The notes beneath the pieces were generated by a model that had not been told where the DNA came from, did no database searches, and saw only the letters and a list, made by a program, of their open reading frames with translations. 64,000 nt of DNA from Candidatus Saccharicenans sp. (GTDB lineage: Bacteria; Acidobacteriota; Aminicenantia; Aminicenantales; Saccharicenantaceae): contig JANLFU010000010.1 of assembly GCA_024653215.1 (NCBI GenBank), positions 19,625 through 83,624 of the forward strand, in the 5' to 3' direction. This document shows, piece after piece, positions 1 to 9,732 of the stretch. The translations under genes were made by a program, and so were the position numbers. Position 1 is the first letter of the stretch; the number at the start of each line of letters is the position of its first letter.

Positions 1-1
1 C

Positions 2-1804
2 CTGGATATTGACCTTATCCAGGAGAAATGGAAAAGGTTTTCGGGCTGGAGCAGCGATGGCCTTTTCTGTCCCCTGGTCGAAAGGCGCGGATTGCTGCAG
101 GCCGGGGAACGGGCCAGGTTGCTGCTGCTCGAAAGCCGCTGCCGGAGGACGGGAGCGGCCGAAGGCCATAACCTGGTCAGGTTCTCCACCCTGCCCGTGC
201 ATCACCAGGAAAAAACCTACCTGATGGCCACGGACGCCCTGGAAGCGGCTGACTATTTGCTCAAGACCGAATACGGGCTTAGTCTCCCCCCCTGCACCCT
301 TCTTTTTTCTTTCAGCGAAAAGAATTTCATGTACTCCGGCGAGAGTCTCAGCCTGCCCCTGGCCACCCTTTCCCTGAGCCAGAAATTGATATCCAGCCAG
401 CGCCGCTTTTACTTCGTCTATTCGCGGGAAGCGGCCTTCACCGGCAAGGTTGACTTAAATGGAGAAATCCAGCGTATTTCCCCCGACGCCCTGGAAGAAA
501 AGGTCAGGGCTGTTTTCTATTCTGGCATCCGCTACCTGGTCATTCCCGCTCAAAACCTCAAGGAAGCCAGGAGCTTCGTCTTCAACCTGCTGGCCAGACA
601 CCCCTGGAGAAGACTGGAACTCATAGGGGTAAACAACATAAGAGAAATAATCGCCGACAGCCGAATCTGCCAGAAAATAAAGATACCTCTAATCGCCCAC
701 CTGGCCCAGACCAGGGGCCCGTTGATCCGCCGGTCAATTATGGCCGTCCTCGGCCTGGCAGTTATGATCACCGCCCTGGTCATCATCAACAAGAATCCAT
801 CCTTTCACTTCTGGAAAATCAGGCACCCGGTGATAATCGAGCTTCACGACAGCCGGCTCTTCGCCCGCAACCCGGAGGAACAGCTGCTGTGGACCTTTCC
901 CCTGCGCCGGCCCTTCAGGCCTGACACCCTGCAGCAGAAATTCGTGGACCTCGACGGAGACGGGGAAGACGAAATTCTGGTCTCGGGAGACTACCTGAGC
1001 GAGGAAAAGGTCAGCGCGGAACTATTCTGTCTGAAAAAGTCAGGAAAATTGTTGTGGAGCTACCAGCCAGGGCGGAAGATAAAGACCCTGACCGATGAAT
1101 TTTCCAACCATTATACAATCAAGAAGTTCGAGGCCGCGAATTTCAGCCGCACTTCACCCGAAAAATCTGTCCTGGTAATTGGAAACCACGTCACCTGGTA
1201 TCCAACCCAGATTGCCCTGCTTGACGCCCGGGGCAAGCTCCTCGGTGAATACTGGCATGCCGGCCATCTTGGCCAGGCCGCCCTGCTGATAGAAGACCTG
1301 GATGAAGATGGCCGGAAGGAAATCATTGCCGGCGGAACAAATAACGACTTCCAGCAGGCCTGCCTCCTGGTCCTGGACCCGAGAAACATAAGCGGTTGCT
1401 CGCCGGCAAGCGGCAACCCGGATTTCAAGTTCAGGGACCTGCCGGAGGGGACCCAGGAATACTACCTGCTCCTCCCCAGGACCACGATTAATCAGGCCAT
1501 GAACCTTCGCAACTATATCGTAACCATCCAGCTCTTCCGCGAAGAAAAGATCCTGGAAGTAACCACCCATGAATTCAGTAAAGAAGTATCCTGCCGGATG
1601 ATGTACAACTTCGATTTCCGAATGAATCCGCTGTTATCCCGCCCAACCGACGTTTTGACAGAAGCCGTTAAAGAGCTGGTGGTTTCCCGGGTTCTGCCTC
1701 CGCATGCCGAAACCGAACTCAGGAGTCTTAAAGAAAGAATAAGATACTGGGACGGCCAGGCCTGGGTCAACTATCCTGACAGAAACAAAAAGCTTGATTT
1801 TTAA
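2..1804 (+). CDS. 5'-partial membrane protein with a Lon-like (S16) protease domain, then a TM helix and FG-GAP-like beta-propeller repeats. The listed ORF begins at a TTG at 92, but the frame stays open back to nt 2, so the gene probably starts outside the window.
   Basis: SGESLSLPLATLS ... FTGKVDLNGEI ... EEKVRAVFYSGIRYLVIPAQN resembles the Lon proteolytic domain (DGPSAG ... TGEITLRG ... LKEKLLAA ... IPxxN), with the Ser and Lys positions retained. A hydrophobic helix IMAVLGLAVMITALVII follows, then DLDGDGEDEILV and DLDEDGRKEIIAGG motifs typical of FG-GAP repeats. Confidence 0.5.
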   Translation: MDIDLIQEKWKRFSGWSSDGLFCPLVERRGLLQAGERARLLLLESRCRRTGAAEGHNLVRFSTLPVHHQEKTYLMATDALEAADYLLKTEYGLSLPPCTLLFSFSEKNFMYSGESLSLPLATLSLSQKLISSQRRFYFVYSREAAFTGKVDLNGEIQRISPDALEEKVRAVFYSGIRYLVIPAQNLKEARSFVFNLLARHPWRRLELIGVNNIREIIADSRICQKIKIPLIAHLAQTRGPLIRRSIMAVLGLAVMITALVIINKNPSFHFWKIRHPVIIELHDSRLFARNPEEQLLWTFPLRRPFRPDTLQQKFVDLDGDGEDEILVSGDYLSEEKVSAELFCLKKSGKLLWSYQPGRKIKTLTDEFSNHYTIKKFEAANFSRTSPEKSVLVIGNHVTWYPTQIALLDARGKLLGEYWHAGHLGQAALLIEDLDEDGRKEIIAGGTNNDFQQACLLVLDPRNISGCSPASGNPDFKFRDLPEGTQEYYLLLPRTTINQAMNLRNYIVTIQLFREEKILEVTTHEFSKEVSCRMMYNFDFRMNPLLSRPTDVLTEAVKELVVSRVLPPHAETELRSLKERIRYWDGQAWVNYPDRNKKLDF

Positions 1805-2367
1805 CCCCTCAAAAATACCCGCCCATTTTTTCTGCAAAATTAAATTTGGTAAGCCTATACTCATCTCTTGGTGGAGGCGAGGGCAAAAGGGCAAAAGGAA
1901 AGAAGGATGGGAACCTTCTTTTTTTAAAAGTGCTTAATAAACCCAAAGTTGCAGCGACCTGCCAATAAGATTTTCCCCTAACCAAGCCGGGATGCCAGCA
2001 TAACAGAACCGCTATCATTTTAAGCCTCCGCTAAGGCATTTTGGCCTGTTCTTGCTGGAATTTATCAGGGGCAGGAGCCTGGTGGTAGAAATGTTCACTC
2101 AGGGTAGCCTGGTCCTCAGGCTCATTGGCGTGTTTCTAACTGAAAATAAGAAAGATTGGCCAAATAATATGCTTGCTGCCAACCCGAGAGCCTGAAAGAC
2201 TAAGCCTTGCCTTGAAAAGTTCTCTGGTTCAGACAGCCAACTGAGGATTAAAATAAATATAAATAGAGAAATCAGGGCGGCCATATCGAGAACAAAACGC
2301 GACCAGGACCTGAATTACAGCCCCTTGAAATTGATGTATCATAGTACCAGCTGAAGGAAAAAGTTAT

Positions 2368-2763
2368 ATGAACGGCAACAGAAACAAGATTAATGAATTC
2401 CTGAATGAAAAGGAAATTGCGGTGGTCGGGGCCTCCAGGAACCCGGCCAAGTACGGGAACATAGTATTTAACAAGCTCAAATCAGCCGGATACCTGGTCT
2501 ACCCGGTCAATCCCAGAGCTGACCTGGTAGACGGTCAAAAGGCTTATCCCGACCTGTTCAGCCTGCCGGAAACGGTCAAGGCGGCCGTGGTGGTCGTCCC
2601 GCCCGAAATTTCAGAAAAAATTGCCGGACAGGCCATTGCCGCCGGCTTCCGCTACATCTGGTTTCAACCCGGAGCCGAATCGGAAACAGCTATCTCCTTA
2701 CTTGAATCGGCCGGAATCAGCGTCATCCATGGGACCTGCCTTCTGGTCCGGGTCAGTCCCTGA
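2368..2763 (+). CDS. CoA-binding domain protein (YccU-like).
   Basis: IAVVGASRNPAKYGNIVF...GY.VYPVNP is the Rossmann-like CoA-binding signature. An A-rich RBS-like stretch (ggaaaaag) precedes the ATG. Confidence 0.6.
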   Translation: MNGNRNKINEFLNEKEIAVVGASRNPAKYGNIVFNKLKSAGYLVYPVNPRADLVDGQKAYPDLFSLPETVKAAVVVVPPEISEKIAGQAIAAGFRYIWFQPGAESETAISLLESAGISVIHGTCLLVRVSP

Positions 2764-2822
2764 AAATCTGCCAGGGAAGATTTCGCCTGAAGCTGGCGGG
2801 GTCAGAGCCTGAGACCGACCAA

Positions 2823-3704
2823 TCAGGAACGGTAGATTTTTCTTACGAAGGATTCTTTTTCCTTCCACTTCTCATTAACCTTGACCCGGAGAGAAAGAAA
2901 GACCTTTTTGCCGGTCAGGAATTCCAGTTCTTCCCTGGCCAGGGTGCCAATCTTCTTGATCATTGAGCCTCCCTGGCCGATGATGATCTTCTTCTGGGAA
3001 TCCTTTTCCACGTGAATATCCGCCTCGATTTCCAGCAGGCCGCCGGGCGTTCTTTCTTCCACCCTGAGCACCTCGACCGCCACGGCATGAGGAACTTCCT
3101 GGTAGGTATTACCCAGTATTTTTTCCCTTATGATCTCCGCCGCCTGGATGCTCAGGGGGTAATCGGTCACCATATCCTCCGGATAAAGAAGGGGACCTTC
3201 CGGCAGGAGGGAGATTATCCTGTTAACCAGGTCTTCCAGCCCCTCTCCCCTGACTGCAGACAGGCTGACCACCTCCACAAAATCCAGCAATTCCCCGGCT
3301 GATTTGCGGGCCATTTCAATCTGTTCCTCGGAGCACAGGTCCTTTTTGGTCAGGACCAGGACTGCCGGCCGGCCGGTTTGTTTAACCTCAGCCGCCAATT
3401 TCCTGTCCTCGTCGCTGAGGGCCCTGGAAGCATCGACCAGGAACAGGACCAGGTCAACTTCTTTCATTGTCCCGGTCACCTGGGAATTAAGAAAAGCACC
3501 CAGGGCATCCCGGGGCTGGTGGAAGCCGGGGGTATCGACCAGGATAATCTGGGCTTCGGGCCTGGTTATGATTCCCCTCAACTTGAAGCGCGTGGTCTGA
3601 GGTTTCTCGGAGACTATGCTAATTTTCTTCCCGGTCAGGGCATTGAGCAGGGTGGATTTTCCGGTGTTGGGTTTGCCCACCACGGCTACAAAACCCGATT
3701 TCAT
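2823..3704 (-). CDS. era: GTPase Era.
   Basis: G1 motif GKPNTGKST, DTPG, TKKD, and a C-terminal KH domain (IIGQGGSMIKKIG). 293 aa is typical for Era. Confidence 0.9.
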   Translation of the reverse strand: MKSGFVAVVGKPNTGKSTLLNALTGKKISIVSEKPQTTRFKLRGIITRPEAQIILVDTPGFHQPRDALGAFLNSQVTGTMKEVDLVLFLVDASRALSDEDRKLAAEVKQTGRPAVLVLTKKDLCSEEQIEMARKSAGELLDFVEVVSLSAVRGEGLEDLVNRIISLLPEGPLLYPEDMVTDYPLSIQAAEIIREKILGNTYQEVPHAVAVEVLRVEERTPGGLLEIEADIHVEKDSQKKIIIGQGGSMIKKIGTLAREELEFLTGKKVFLSLRVKVNEKWKEKESFVRKIYRS

Positions 3705-3821
3705 GCTGGACCTCCAAGGCCGGTTTCAGAAATGAACTTAAATGACAGAATACAGAATTATTTTATCTTAAATTATTGGGAAGGCAATCCTTCAGCTACC
3801 CCCCAACCGGCGCCAGCCCGC

Positions 3822-5855
3822 TCAGTGCTTCTCGTGGCTCGAAGAAGAGGATTTCTGACCGCCGGAGCGGTCACCGCTCGAGCCCTTCGAAACCGAGGCG
3901 CTGGCAGCAGAGGCGCTATCGGAAGAGCGGCCGGAAGAGGAGCTGCCGGAATAACTTGAAGCACCGGAACCCGGCGAGTAGCCAGACGGCGGTCCTAATT
4001 GAATCAGGCCATGAGGAGTAATCCTCAGGCCAAGACCCCTGGCTTCCTGCGAGGTCAGGCCCAGCTCCGGAGAAACCACCGAATTTCTGGAACTGTCATA
4101 AACGATGCGGATTCCAAGCTGGTGAGCGGTCTTCAGGTCAGGATTCCAGTCACGGAACCGCAGGCCGGGAGCCCCTGGCTTTTCTGGCAGAGACCTGTTT
4201 TCCGCGTTTCTCCTGAGCTCCGGCCTGCCCGGAACTTCCGGTTGGGGGACCTGTTGCTTCAGGGCTTGCCGCTCCATCGGCTGGGCCTTCAAGTTTCCAG
4301 GACCGGTTAGAGAAGCTTTGACTGCTTCCGTTTCATTCCTGTCCTTCAGGAAACGGAAAACTGCCAGATTCCAGGCAGGAACAGTTCCCTGGCCTGGCTT
4401 TCTTGTTTCTCCTGTGGACTGAACCTGCTTTATTTTTTCGGCAACTTCGTTCATAGAGACTCTGCGGGCCAACACATCACGGGCCCCAAGATCATCCGGC
4501 TTAACCAGGATCGGTTCAGGCGGCCTGGCTGAAATTCTCTTCAGGACTTCCTGGTCTCCCCTGTCAATGGCTTTGGCCAAGTTGGCCACCATTTTTCTGT
4601 AGCTTTCAGGGAGGGGAACAGTCTGGGCCTGGCCCTGGTGTTTTTTCAACTGGTCCCTGGTGATTTTGCGGAGGGCCGGCTGTCCCGCTGATTCACCGGG
4701 TGGAAGGACGATGCCGCTGGGGCCATAATAATCCCAGTAGCCATATCCGTAGCCGTAATAACCCAGCCAGTCATACAGAAACCAGGGTCTCCAGCTGTAA
4801 TAACCGTAATAAAAATCCCAGACCGCCCAGGCCGGGGCAAAGGCCGAACCCGGAATCCAGACCCAGCCTTTCTTCTTATCCCACTGCCAGAGGCCCAGGT
4901 GGTAAGGTACCCAGCCCCAGGGTTCAGCTGGCACCCAGAACAGCTGCCCGTTCAGGTAGGTCCAGTTGCCATAGTAATAGGGACTCCAGTTGCCCCAGGG
5001 ATAGTAATCATTATAGAAAGGCCTCCAGACATAGCCGAAATAGTCGTCCCAGATCCATTCCCCGTACTGGTTGGAATAATACTGGGCGAAATAAAAGACG
5101 GCCGGTGGAAGTTTCTGGATGGGCTTGGGCAGGGGCGTCAGCCCTTTATGCAGTTCCAGGAAATGTTTATTCAGGTCGGCATTCCAGGCCTCAAACTCGC
5201 CGAATTCAGGGAAACTCTCTTTAATCTCTATGCTGTGGCCGGAGTCGATGAGCAGGCTGGTTCCTTTTCTGGCGGTCAGAGTCTTTAGATCCTTGCTGGA
5301 GGGTCCGTAAAGCAGGCTGGCTTTGCCTTCCTTCACCGTCAACCAGGTCTCCCCGTTCTCGGTGAAACGGGCAACCAGGACCGTCTTGTTTTTCATCTTC
5401 AGGGCGGTGTTGGCGGTCAATAGCTGGAAAACTTCCCAGGAGTTATAGGCGGTATACATCAGGTAAACCTGCCCTTTTTCCAGAAGCAGGTTGGACAACT
5501 GGTCATCAGAACTCAGGCTCTGGGCCATGATGGTTTCAATTTTCAGCCTGGTATCCGTTCCCAGCCGAACTATGGTTCCGCTATCAAACTGAATTTCACA
5601 GGGTTTATCGAATGTAACCACAACGTCCCCGGGTCCCAGCGGAAAGTTCAGGCTGACCGGCTCGGGCCTGGCCAGTCCGGGCCTGATCACTTCTGGCACC
5701 CTGGTACCGGGCTCCTCGGGAATGTAACTGATAAAGCCGTAGTAAAAATTTCCCTCGCCGTTTAACAGGGTATAATGTTTGCTGGCGGCAAAAGCCGGCT
5801 GGAGCAGCCCGACCCCTAAAACCCCTATGATTAACCAAAAGTTTATTCTTTTCAT
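3822..5855 (-). CDS. Secreted protein with an extremely Trp/Tyr-rich central region and a Ser/Gly-rich low-complexity C-terminal tail; possibly a FecR-like N-domain. The start is set at the ATG of MKRINF, which has a GGGG RBS; the listed ORF begins 4 codons upstream at a GTG.
   Basis: Signal peptide MKRINFWLIIGVLGVGLLQPAFA. A roughly 130-aa segment is dominated by W/Y/G (YYGYYSWRPWFLYDWLGYYGYGYGYWDYYG). The C-terminus reads SGSGASSYSGSSSSGRSSDSASAASAS. Confidence 0.6.
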   Translation of the reverse strand: MKRINFWLIIGVLGVGLLQPAFAASKHYTLLNGEGNFYYGFISYIPEEPGTRVPEVIRPGLARPEPVSLNFPLGPGDVVVTFDKPCEIQFDSGTIVRLGTDTRLKIETIMAQSLSSDDQLSNLLLEKGQVYLMYTAYNSWEVFQLLTANTALKMKNKTVLVARFTENGETWLTVKEGKASLLYGPSSKDLKTLTARKGTSLLIDSGHSIEIKESFPEFGEFEAWNADLNKHFLELHKGLTPLPKPIQKLPPAVFYFAQYYSNQYGEWIWDDYFGYVWRPFYNDYYPWGNWSPYYYGNWTYLNGQLFWVPAEPWGWVPYHLGLWQWDKKKGWVWIPGSAFAPAWAVWDFYYGYYSWRPWFLYDWLGYYGYGYGYWDYYGPSGIVLPPGESAGQPALRKITRDQLKKHQGQAQTVPLPESYRKMVANLAKAIDRGDQEVLKRISARPPEPILVKPDDLGARDVLARRVSMNEVAEKIKQVQSTGETRKPGQGTVPAWNLAVFRFLKDRNETEAVKASLTGPGNLKAQPMERQALKQQVPQPEVPGRPELRRNAENRSLPEKPGAPGLRFRDWNPDLKTAHQLGIRIVYDSSRNSVVSPELGLTSQEARGLGLRITPHGLIQLGPPSGYSPGSGASSYSGSSSSGRSSDSASAASASVSKGSSGDRSGGQKSSSSSHEKH

Positions 5856-6327
5856 TTTGCACCCCACGTCATGTTATACAGCATAAAACGTGCCAGCCCG
5901 GGCCAGGAGCCCTAACCCGTTATCCTGCCCCGTCAAGGACAGGGGCTGTCCTATTCATGATACTCCTGACACCTCAATAATACACCCCCGAGCCTGTAAT
6001 ATCGAATTTTCTAACAAATTTTCTCCGCGGGGCCCCTCCCCGGAACGGGTTTACCTGCTGTTCGCAGACTTTAGAAGCCCTGGGTTCTTCTGCCCGGCAG
6101 AGATACAAGAACCTGATCCCTGGCTATGATTGGCTTCCTTCACCTAGGTCCGGGCCGGCAAGCCCGGAACCATTAATTTTGGATGGCCGGGCTCAATTCT
6201 ATTCTGGTAGGCTTTCGGTAACTCCGGCCAGACCGGTGAATTCAAGTCTTAAAACTATTTTGCTTCCCCTGATTTCTTGCAAATCGGGTTGCTTCTCATC
6301 CCAGAATACGGGTAGAATAGATTCAGG

Positions 6328-6687
6328 ATGGATAAGCCGGCCAAGCTCCAGGAGCAAATTTACAAGCACCTGCCCGGGGTGATTGCCGTGCTGTTGGCCA
6401 TCTGGCTCCTTTCCCCTTTCGTTAAAATTGACCGCTCAGATTATGCCCAGGGCAAGGTCCTGGTTTACAGACTGGCTCTTGGGCTGATGATTATGATCAT
6501 CATGCTGGGCAAGCTGGGCTTTGATGTTTTCTTTCCCCAGGGAATCGCCCGGCCGGTCTCCAACCTCAAGTCCGTTATTTTCCTCGTCCTGGGAATTCTT
6601 CTCCTGGCCTTTGTGGTCTATATCATCATCCAGGCTGGCTCTCTTTTCATGACAAGCTACCCGAACACTTCAGAATTCGGCCAGTAA
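6328..6687 (+). CDS. Small integral membrane protein (3 predicted TM helices).
   Basis: ORF with three hydrophobic helices. No recognisable family. Confidence 0.35.
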   Translation: MDKPAKLQEQIYKHLPGVIAVLLAIWLLSPFVKIDRSDYAQGKVLVYRLALGLMIMIIMLGKLGFDVFFPQGIARPVSNLKSVIFLVLGILLLAFVVYIIIQAGSLFMTSYPNTSEFGQ

Positions 6688-6877
6688 AACCTATTAAACA
6701 TCGGGCCTGCACTCCGTCTGACTAACAACTGGAGCTTGTTATTCAGCAGGGATAATAGCCCCTGTTCTGTCAGCCATAGTTACAAGGCCCGGCCGGGTAA
6801 AGACAAAAATTGTTTACCATTTAGTTTTAGAGTGCTGCCGCCGAAGCAGAGGCCGGCCTCAGGACAACAAAAATCTA

Positions 6878-7528
6878 TTACTTAAATATCTCTTTATTTC
6901 TGATCGCAATGAAGATGGCCGACAGCAGGTAAAGAGCCGTCACCAGCCCCTCGGTGATGGGAGTTAATTCGAAGAGCTGGCCCGTAAAATTTATCATGAA
7001 ATGGAACAGGATGGCGGCCAGAGTGCTGCGCTGGTTCTTCAAGAAAATGTAGGTAAAGATGACCGACTTGGGAAAAAGGTCCAGAAAATAAAAGGCCATA
7101 ATCAGCGGCTGGTCGGCCTTGACCTGCAGGGGATAGCCTTTCACCATGAAAAGCGGGATATGCCACAGGGCCCAGACCGCGGCAACGAGCAGGCTGGCCC
7201 TCAACCCTGACATCCGGCTTTGCAGCTTGTCCAGCCAGTAACCTCTCCAGCCCAGTTCCTCGGGAAAGGGACCGATGAAAAACGTATAAAAAATAAAAAC
7301 GAGAATGGACGGGATGTGGGCCCGGACCTGGGGAACGAGCCGGAACTGCGACAGAGATTCTCCGAGAAGAAAAGAAACGAGAATGGCCACCACGGTGATG
7401 ACCGGAGGCAGAAAAAAGATAAGCCGGTAACTCCCGCGGCTTATCAGGGTCGGGTCAAACACCCGGCGCCAGTAATCCCAGTGATATTCAGCCTCTTCGC
7501 TTAGCAGGATAAAAGCCAGGGCCACCAC
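6878..7528 (-). CDS. CPBP-family (CAAX-type) intramembrane metalloprotease, C-terminal portion. The N-terminal TM helices appear to lie in a different frame at 7488..7684.
   Basis: EELGWRGYWLDKL (the EExxxR motif), FxxxH and FHFMINF (the HxxxN/D motif). The upstream fragment MFSKKIHIDPFLYIPFVLVLTWVPWLLAV, with GGAG before its ATG, looks like the missing N-terminus. Confidence 0.55.
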   Translation of the reverse strand: MVALAFILLSEEAEYHWDYWRRVFDPTLISRGSYRLIFFLPPVITVVAILVSFLLGESLSQFRLVPQVRAHIPSILVFIFYTFFIGPFPEELGWRGYWLDKLQSRMSGLRASLLVAAVWALWHIPLFMVKGYPLQVKADQPLIMAFYFLDLFPKSVIFTYIFLKNQRSTLAAILFHFMINFTGQLFELTPITEGLVTALYLLSAIFIAIRNKEIFK

Positions 7529-7684
7529 AGCCGGTGACCAGCAATCCGCCCAGGAGCAAAACCTTTACGGCCAGGTTCTCCAGGCCCCGGCCGGTGGATA
7601 CGGCCAGCAACCATGGTACCCAGGTCAGGACCAGCACGAAAGGTATGTATAAGAAAGGATCAATATGGATTTTCTTAGAAAACA
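7488..7684 (-). pseudogene. Probable N-terminal fragment of the CPBP protease, out of frame with 6878..7528. This is either a frameshifted gene or a sequencing error near 7490-7530.
   Basis: A hydrophobic N-terminal segment typical of CPBP proteins ends in a 41-nt overlap with the downstream ORF, which is in a different frame (7739-7528 is not a multiple of 3). Confidence 0.35.
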
Positions 7685-8031
7685 TGCTTCGCTCCTGGCT
7701 GTGTCCAGCCCTTCTTAAAATACAAAAAAAATCTTCCATGATAAAGAAAATTTTTTACCGGAGGTCCCCGGGCCGCCAAATTAGAAGAGGCAACCTTCTT
7801 GAAAGAGGCAGAACAGCAAGCCCTGAGTTAACAGGATTACGAACCGATCTGCCTGGAGCCCGAACTGCCTGAAGCTGTCAGGCCGGCCGGTACCGGGTAT
7901 CCTTATATATCCATGAAGTCTGCCTTTCTGGTGGCAAATTGTAGTATCATATTTCTTCTGATATTTCCTGTTGACGCAGCACTCAACAGAAATTATTCAT
8001 ATAAAAGAAAGGTCACTTATGGAGCAGGCCA

Positions 8032-9066
8032 ATGAAAGCAGTCCTACTAACCGGCCCAAGGCAGGCCCAACTCCAGCAAAAACCAGAACCCGAGCTGCCC
8101 GATAAAGATTGGGTTCTGCTCAGAACCAGGGTAGCCGGCATCTGCGGCAGCGACCTGCATTACTTTATCTCCGATTCGGTTGGCGGCGAAAAAGTCCCCT
8201 ACCCCTGCCTGGCCGGCCACGAATGCTCGGCTGAAGTCGTCCGGGTTGGCCCGGAAGCCAGGGATTTCAGCCCCGGCGACCTGGTAGCGGTTGAGCCATC
8301 CATCTCCTGCGGAGCCTGCGACCAGTGCCTGGCCGGTAGGTTCAACACCTGCCGGAAGATCAAATTCCTCGGTCACCCTGGAGAACTGGACGGTTGCTTC
8401 GCTGAATATTTCGTGATGCCTGCCAGAAACTTAATCAAGCTTGATTCATCCCTGACCCCGGAAGAAGCCATGCTGGCCGAACCCCTGTCCATCGCCCTGC
8501 ATGCCCTCAACCTGGCCGCGCCTGGCAGCGGGGACAGGGTGGGGGTTCTGGGCACCGGCCCCATTGGCCTGTCTTTGATATTGCTTCTCAGGCAACGGGG
8601 CTTGAGTTCAATCTTTGCCACCGACCGCTCGGAAGCCAGGGTCAAGGCCGCCCTCAGGGCCGGGGCCGCCTGGGCGGCCAGCGTCGAGCAGGAAGACATA
8701 GTCCGGGAAATTCTTTCCAGGCAGCCGTTGGGATTGGACCTGGTGTTTGAGGCGAGCGGCGACCAGGAAGCCATAGACCAGTCGGTGGCCCTGGTCAAAC
8801 CGGGTGGCCGGATAATCCAGGTCGGGATTCCGGTTCCGGAGAGGATTTCTTACCAGATAGCCCGCCTGCGCCGCAAGGAAGTCGCCATAATCAATTCCAG
8901 GCGGCAGAACCGGTGCCTGGAGCCGGCGCTCGAGTTGATTAAGAACAGGAAGGTCGAGGTGGGCTGGCTGCTTACCCATCGCTTCCGGCCGGAAGAAGCC
9001 CAGCAGGCCTTTTCCACCGCGGCCGACCGCCTGGATGGAGTCCTCAAGGCCGCTTTCATTTTTTGA
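8032..9066 (+). CDS. Zn-dependent medium-chain alcohol/polyol dehydrogenase (threonine/sorbitol dehydrogenase-like).
   Basis: CGSDLHYF and GHECSAEV (catalytic Zn), CGACDQC (structural Zn), GTGPIGL Rossmann motif. 344 aa. Confidence 0.8.
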   Translation: MKAVLLTGPRQAQLQQKPEPELPDKDWVLLRTRVAGICGSDLHYFISDSVGGEKVPYPCLAGHECSAEVVRVGPEARDFSPGDLVAVEPSISCGACDQCLAGRFNTCRKIKFLGHPGELDGCFAEYFVMPARNLIKLDSSLTPEEAMLAEPLSIALHALNLAAPGSGDRVGVLGTGPIGLSLILLLRQRGLSSIFATDRSEARVKAALRAGAAWAASVEQEDIVREILSRQPLGLDLVFEASGDQEAIDQSVALVKPGGRIIQVGIPVPERISYQIARLRRKEVAIINSRRQNRCLEPALELIKNRKVEVGWLLTHRFRPEEAQQAFSTAADRLDGVLKAAFIF

Positions 9067-9155
9067 GAGGTGATGAATACTGACAGAGGCCCTCGAAACG
9101 CAGGCCGGATTGAAGCCGCCAGGGTAAATCCCGGAAAGCTTAAGCCCGTAAGTTC

Positions 9156-9731
9156 TTAAAAAATAAAGCCCAGCACCGCCGAGGCCCGGGTCCCCCCGAT
9201 CTTGAAGTCGACCCCTTCGTAGGTATCACTGGCCGCGCAATAACTTCCGTTCAGGCCGAAGAGGACCGCCTTGAACCTGAGGTAAAGTCCCGCCTCCATC
9301 AGAAATCCCAGCTTGTTGCCGCTGACCTTAATGTCCATGGCTTCTTCTTCGTAGGTGGCCGAAGCTACTCCGGCCCCGATAAAGATTTTCAGGTTCCGGG
9401 CCACTGAGGGGAAATAGGCCAGCCCTCCGCCCATAAATTGCTGCTTGGAATGGGCGGGTTCATTCAGCTCCGGGGTGGTGCCATTTTTGCTCAGGGTGGA
9501 AAACATTCCGTAGATGTAGACATCGCTGATAACCCTGAAGCCCAGCTTGAATTCCGGCACCATGACCTTGCTTCCGTAGACTTCCTTGTAGCCGGAATCG
9601 GCCGGAAAAAGGTAACCGTAGCTGAATGACAGCATCACGGTGTCGGCCCGCAAAGCTGGAACCAGAAAAATTGAAGACAAGACCAATGAAAACAGGACTG
9701 CCAGGGCGCATTTGGTTTTGTGGTTTTTCAT
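9156..9731 (-). CDS. Small outer-membrane beta-barrel protein.
   Basis: Signal peptide, alternating amphipathic strands, and a C-terminal aromatic residue (..LGFIF). Its start at 9731 is 2 nt after the end of the upstream protease gene, suggesting an operon. Confidence 0.55.
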   Translation of the reverse strand: MKNHKTKCALAVLFSLVLSSIFLVPALRADTVMLSFSYGYLFPADSGYKEVYGSKVMVPEFKLGFRVISDVYIYGMFSTLSKNGTTPELNEPAHSKQQFMGGGLAYFPSVARNLKIFIGAGVASATYEEEAMDIKVSGNKLGFLMEAGLYLRFKAVLFGLNGSYCAASDTYEGVDFKIGGTRASAVLGFIF

Positions 9732-9732
9732 G

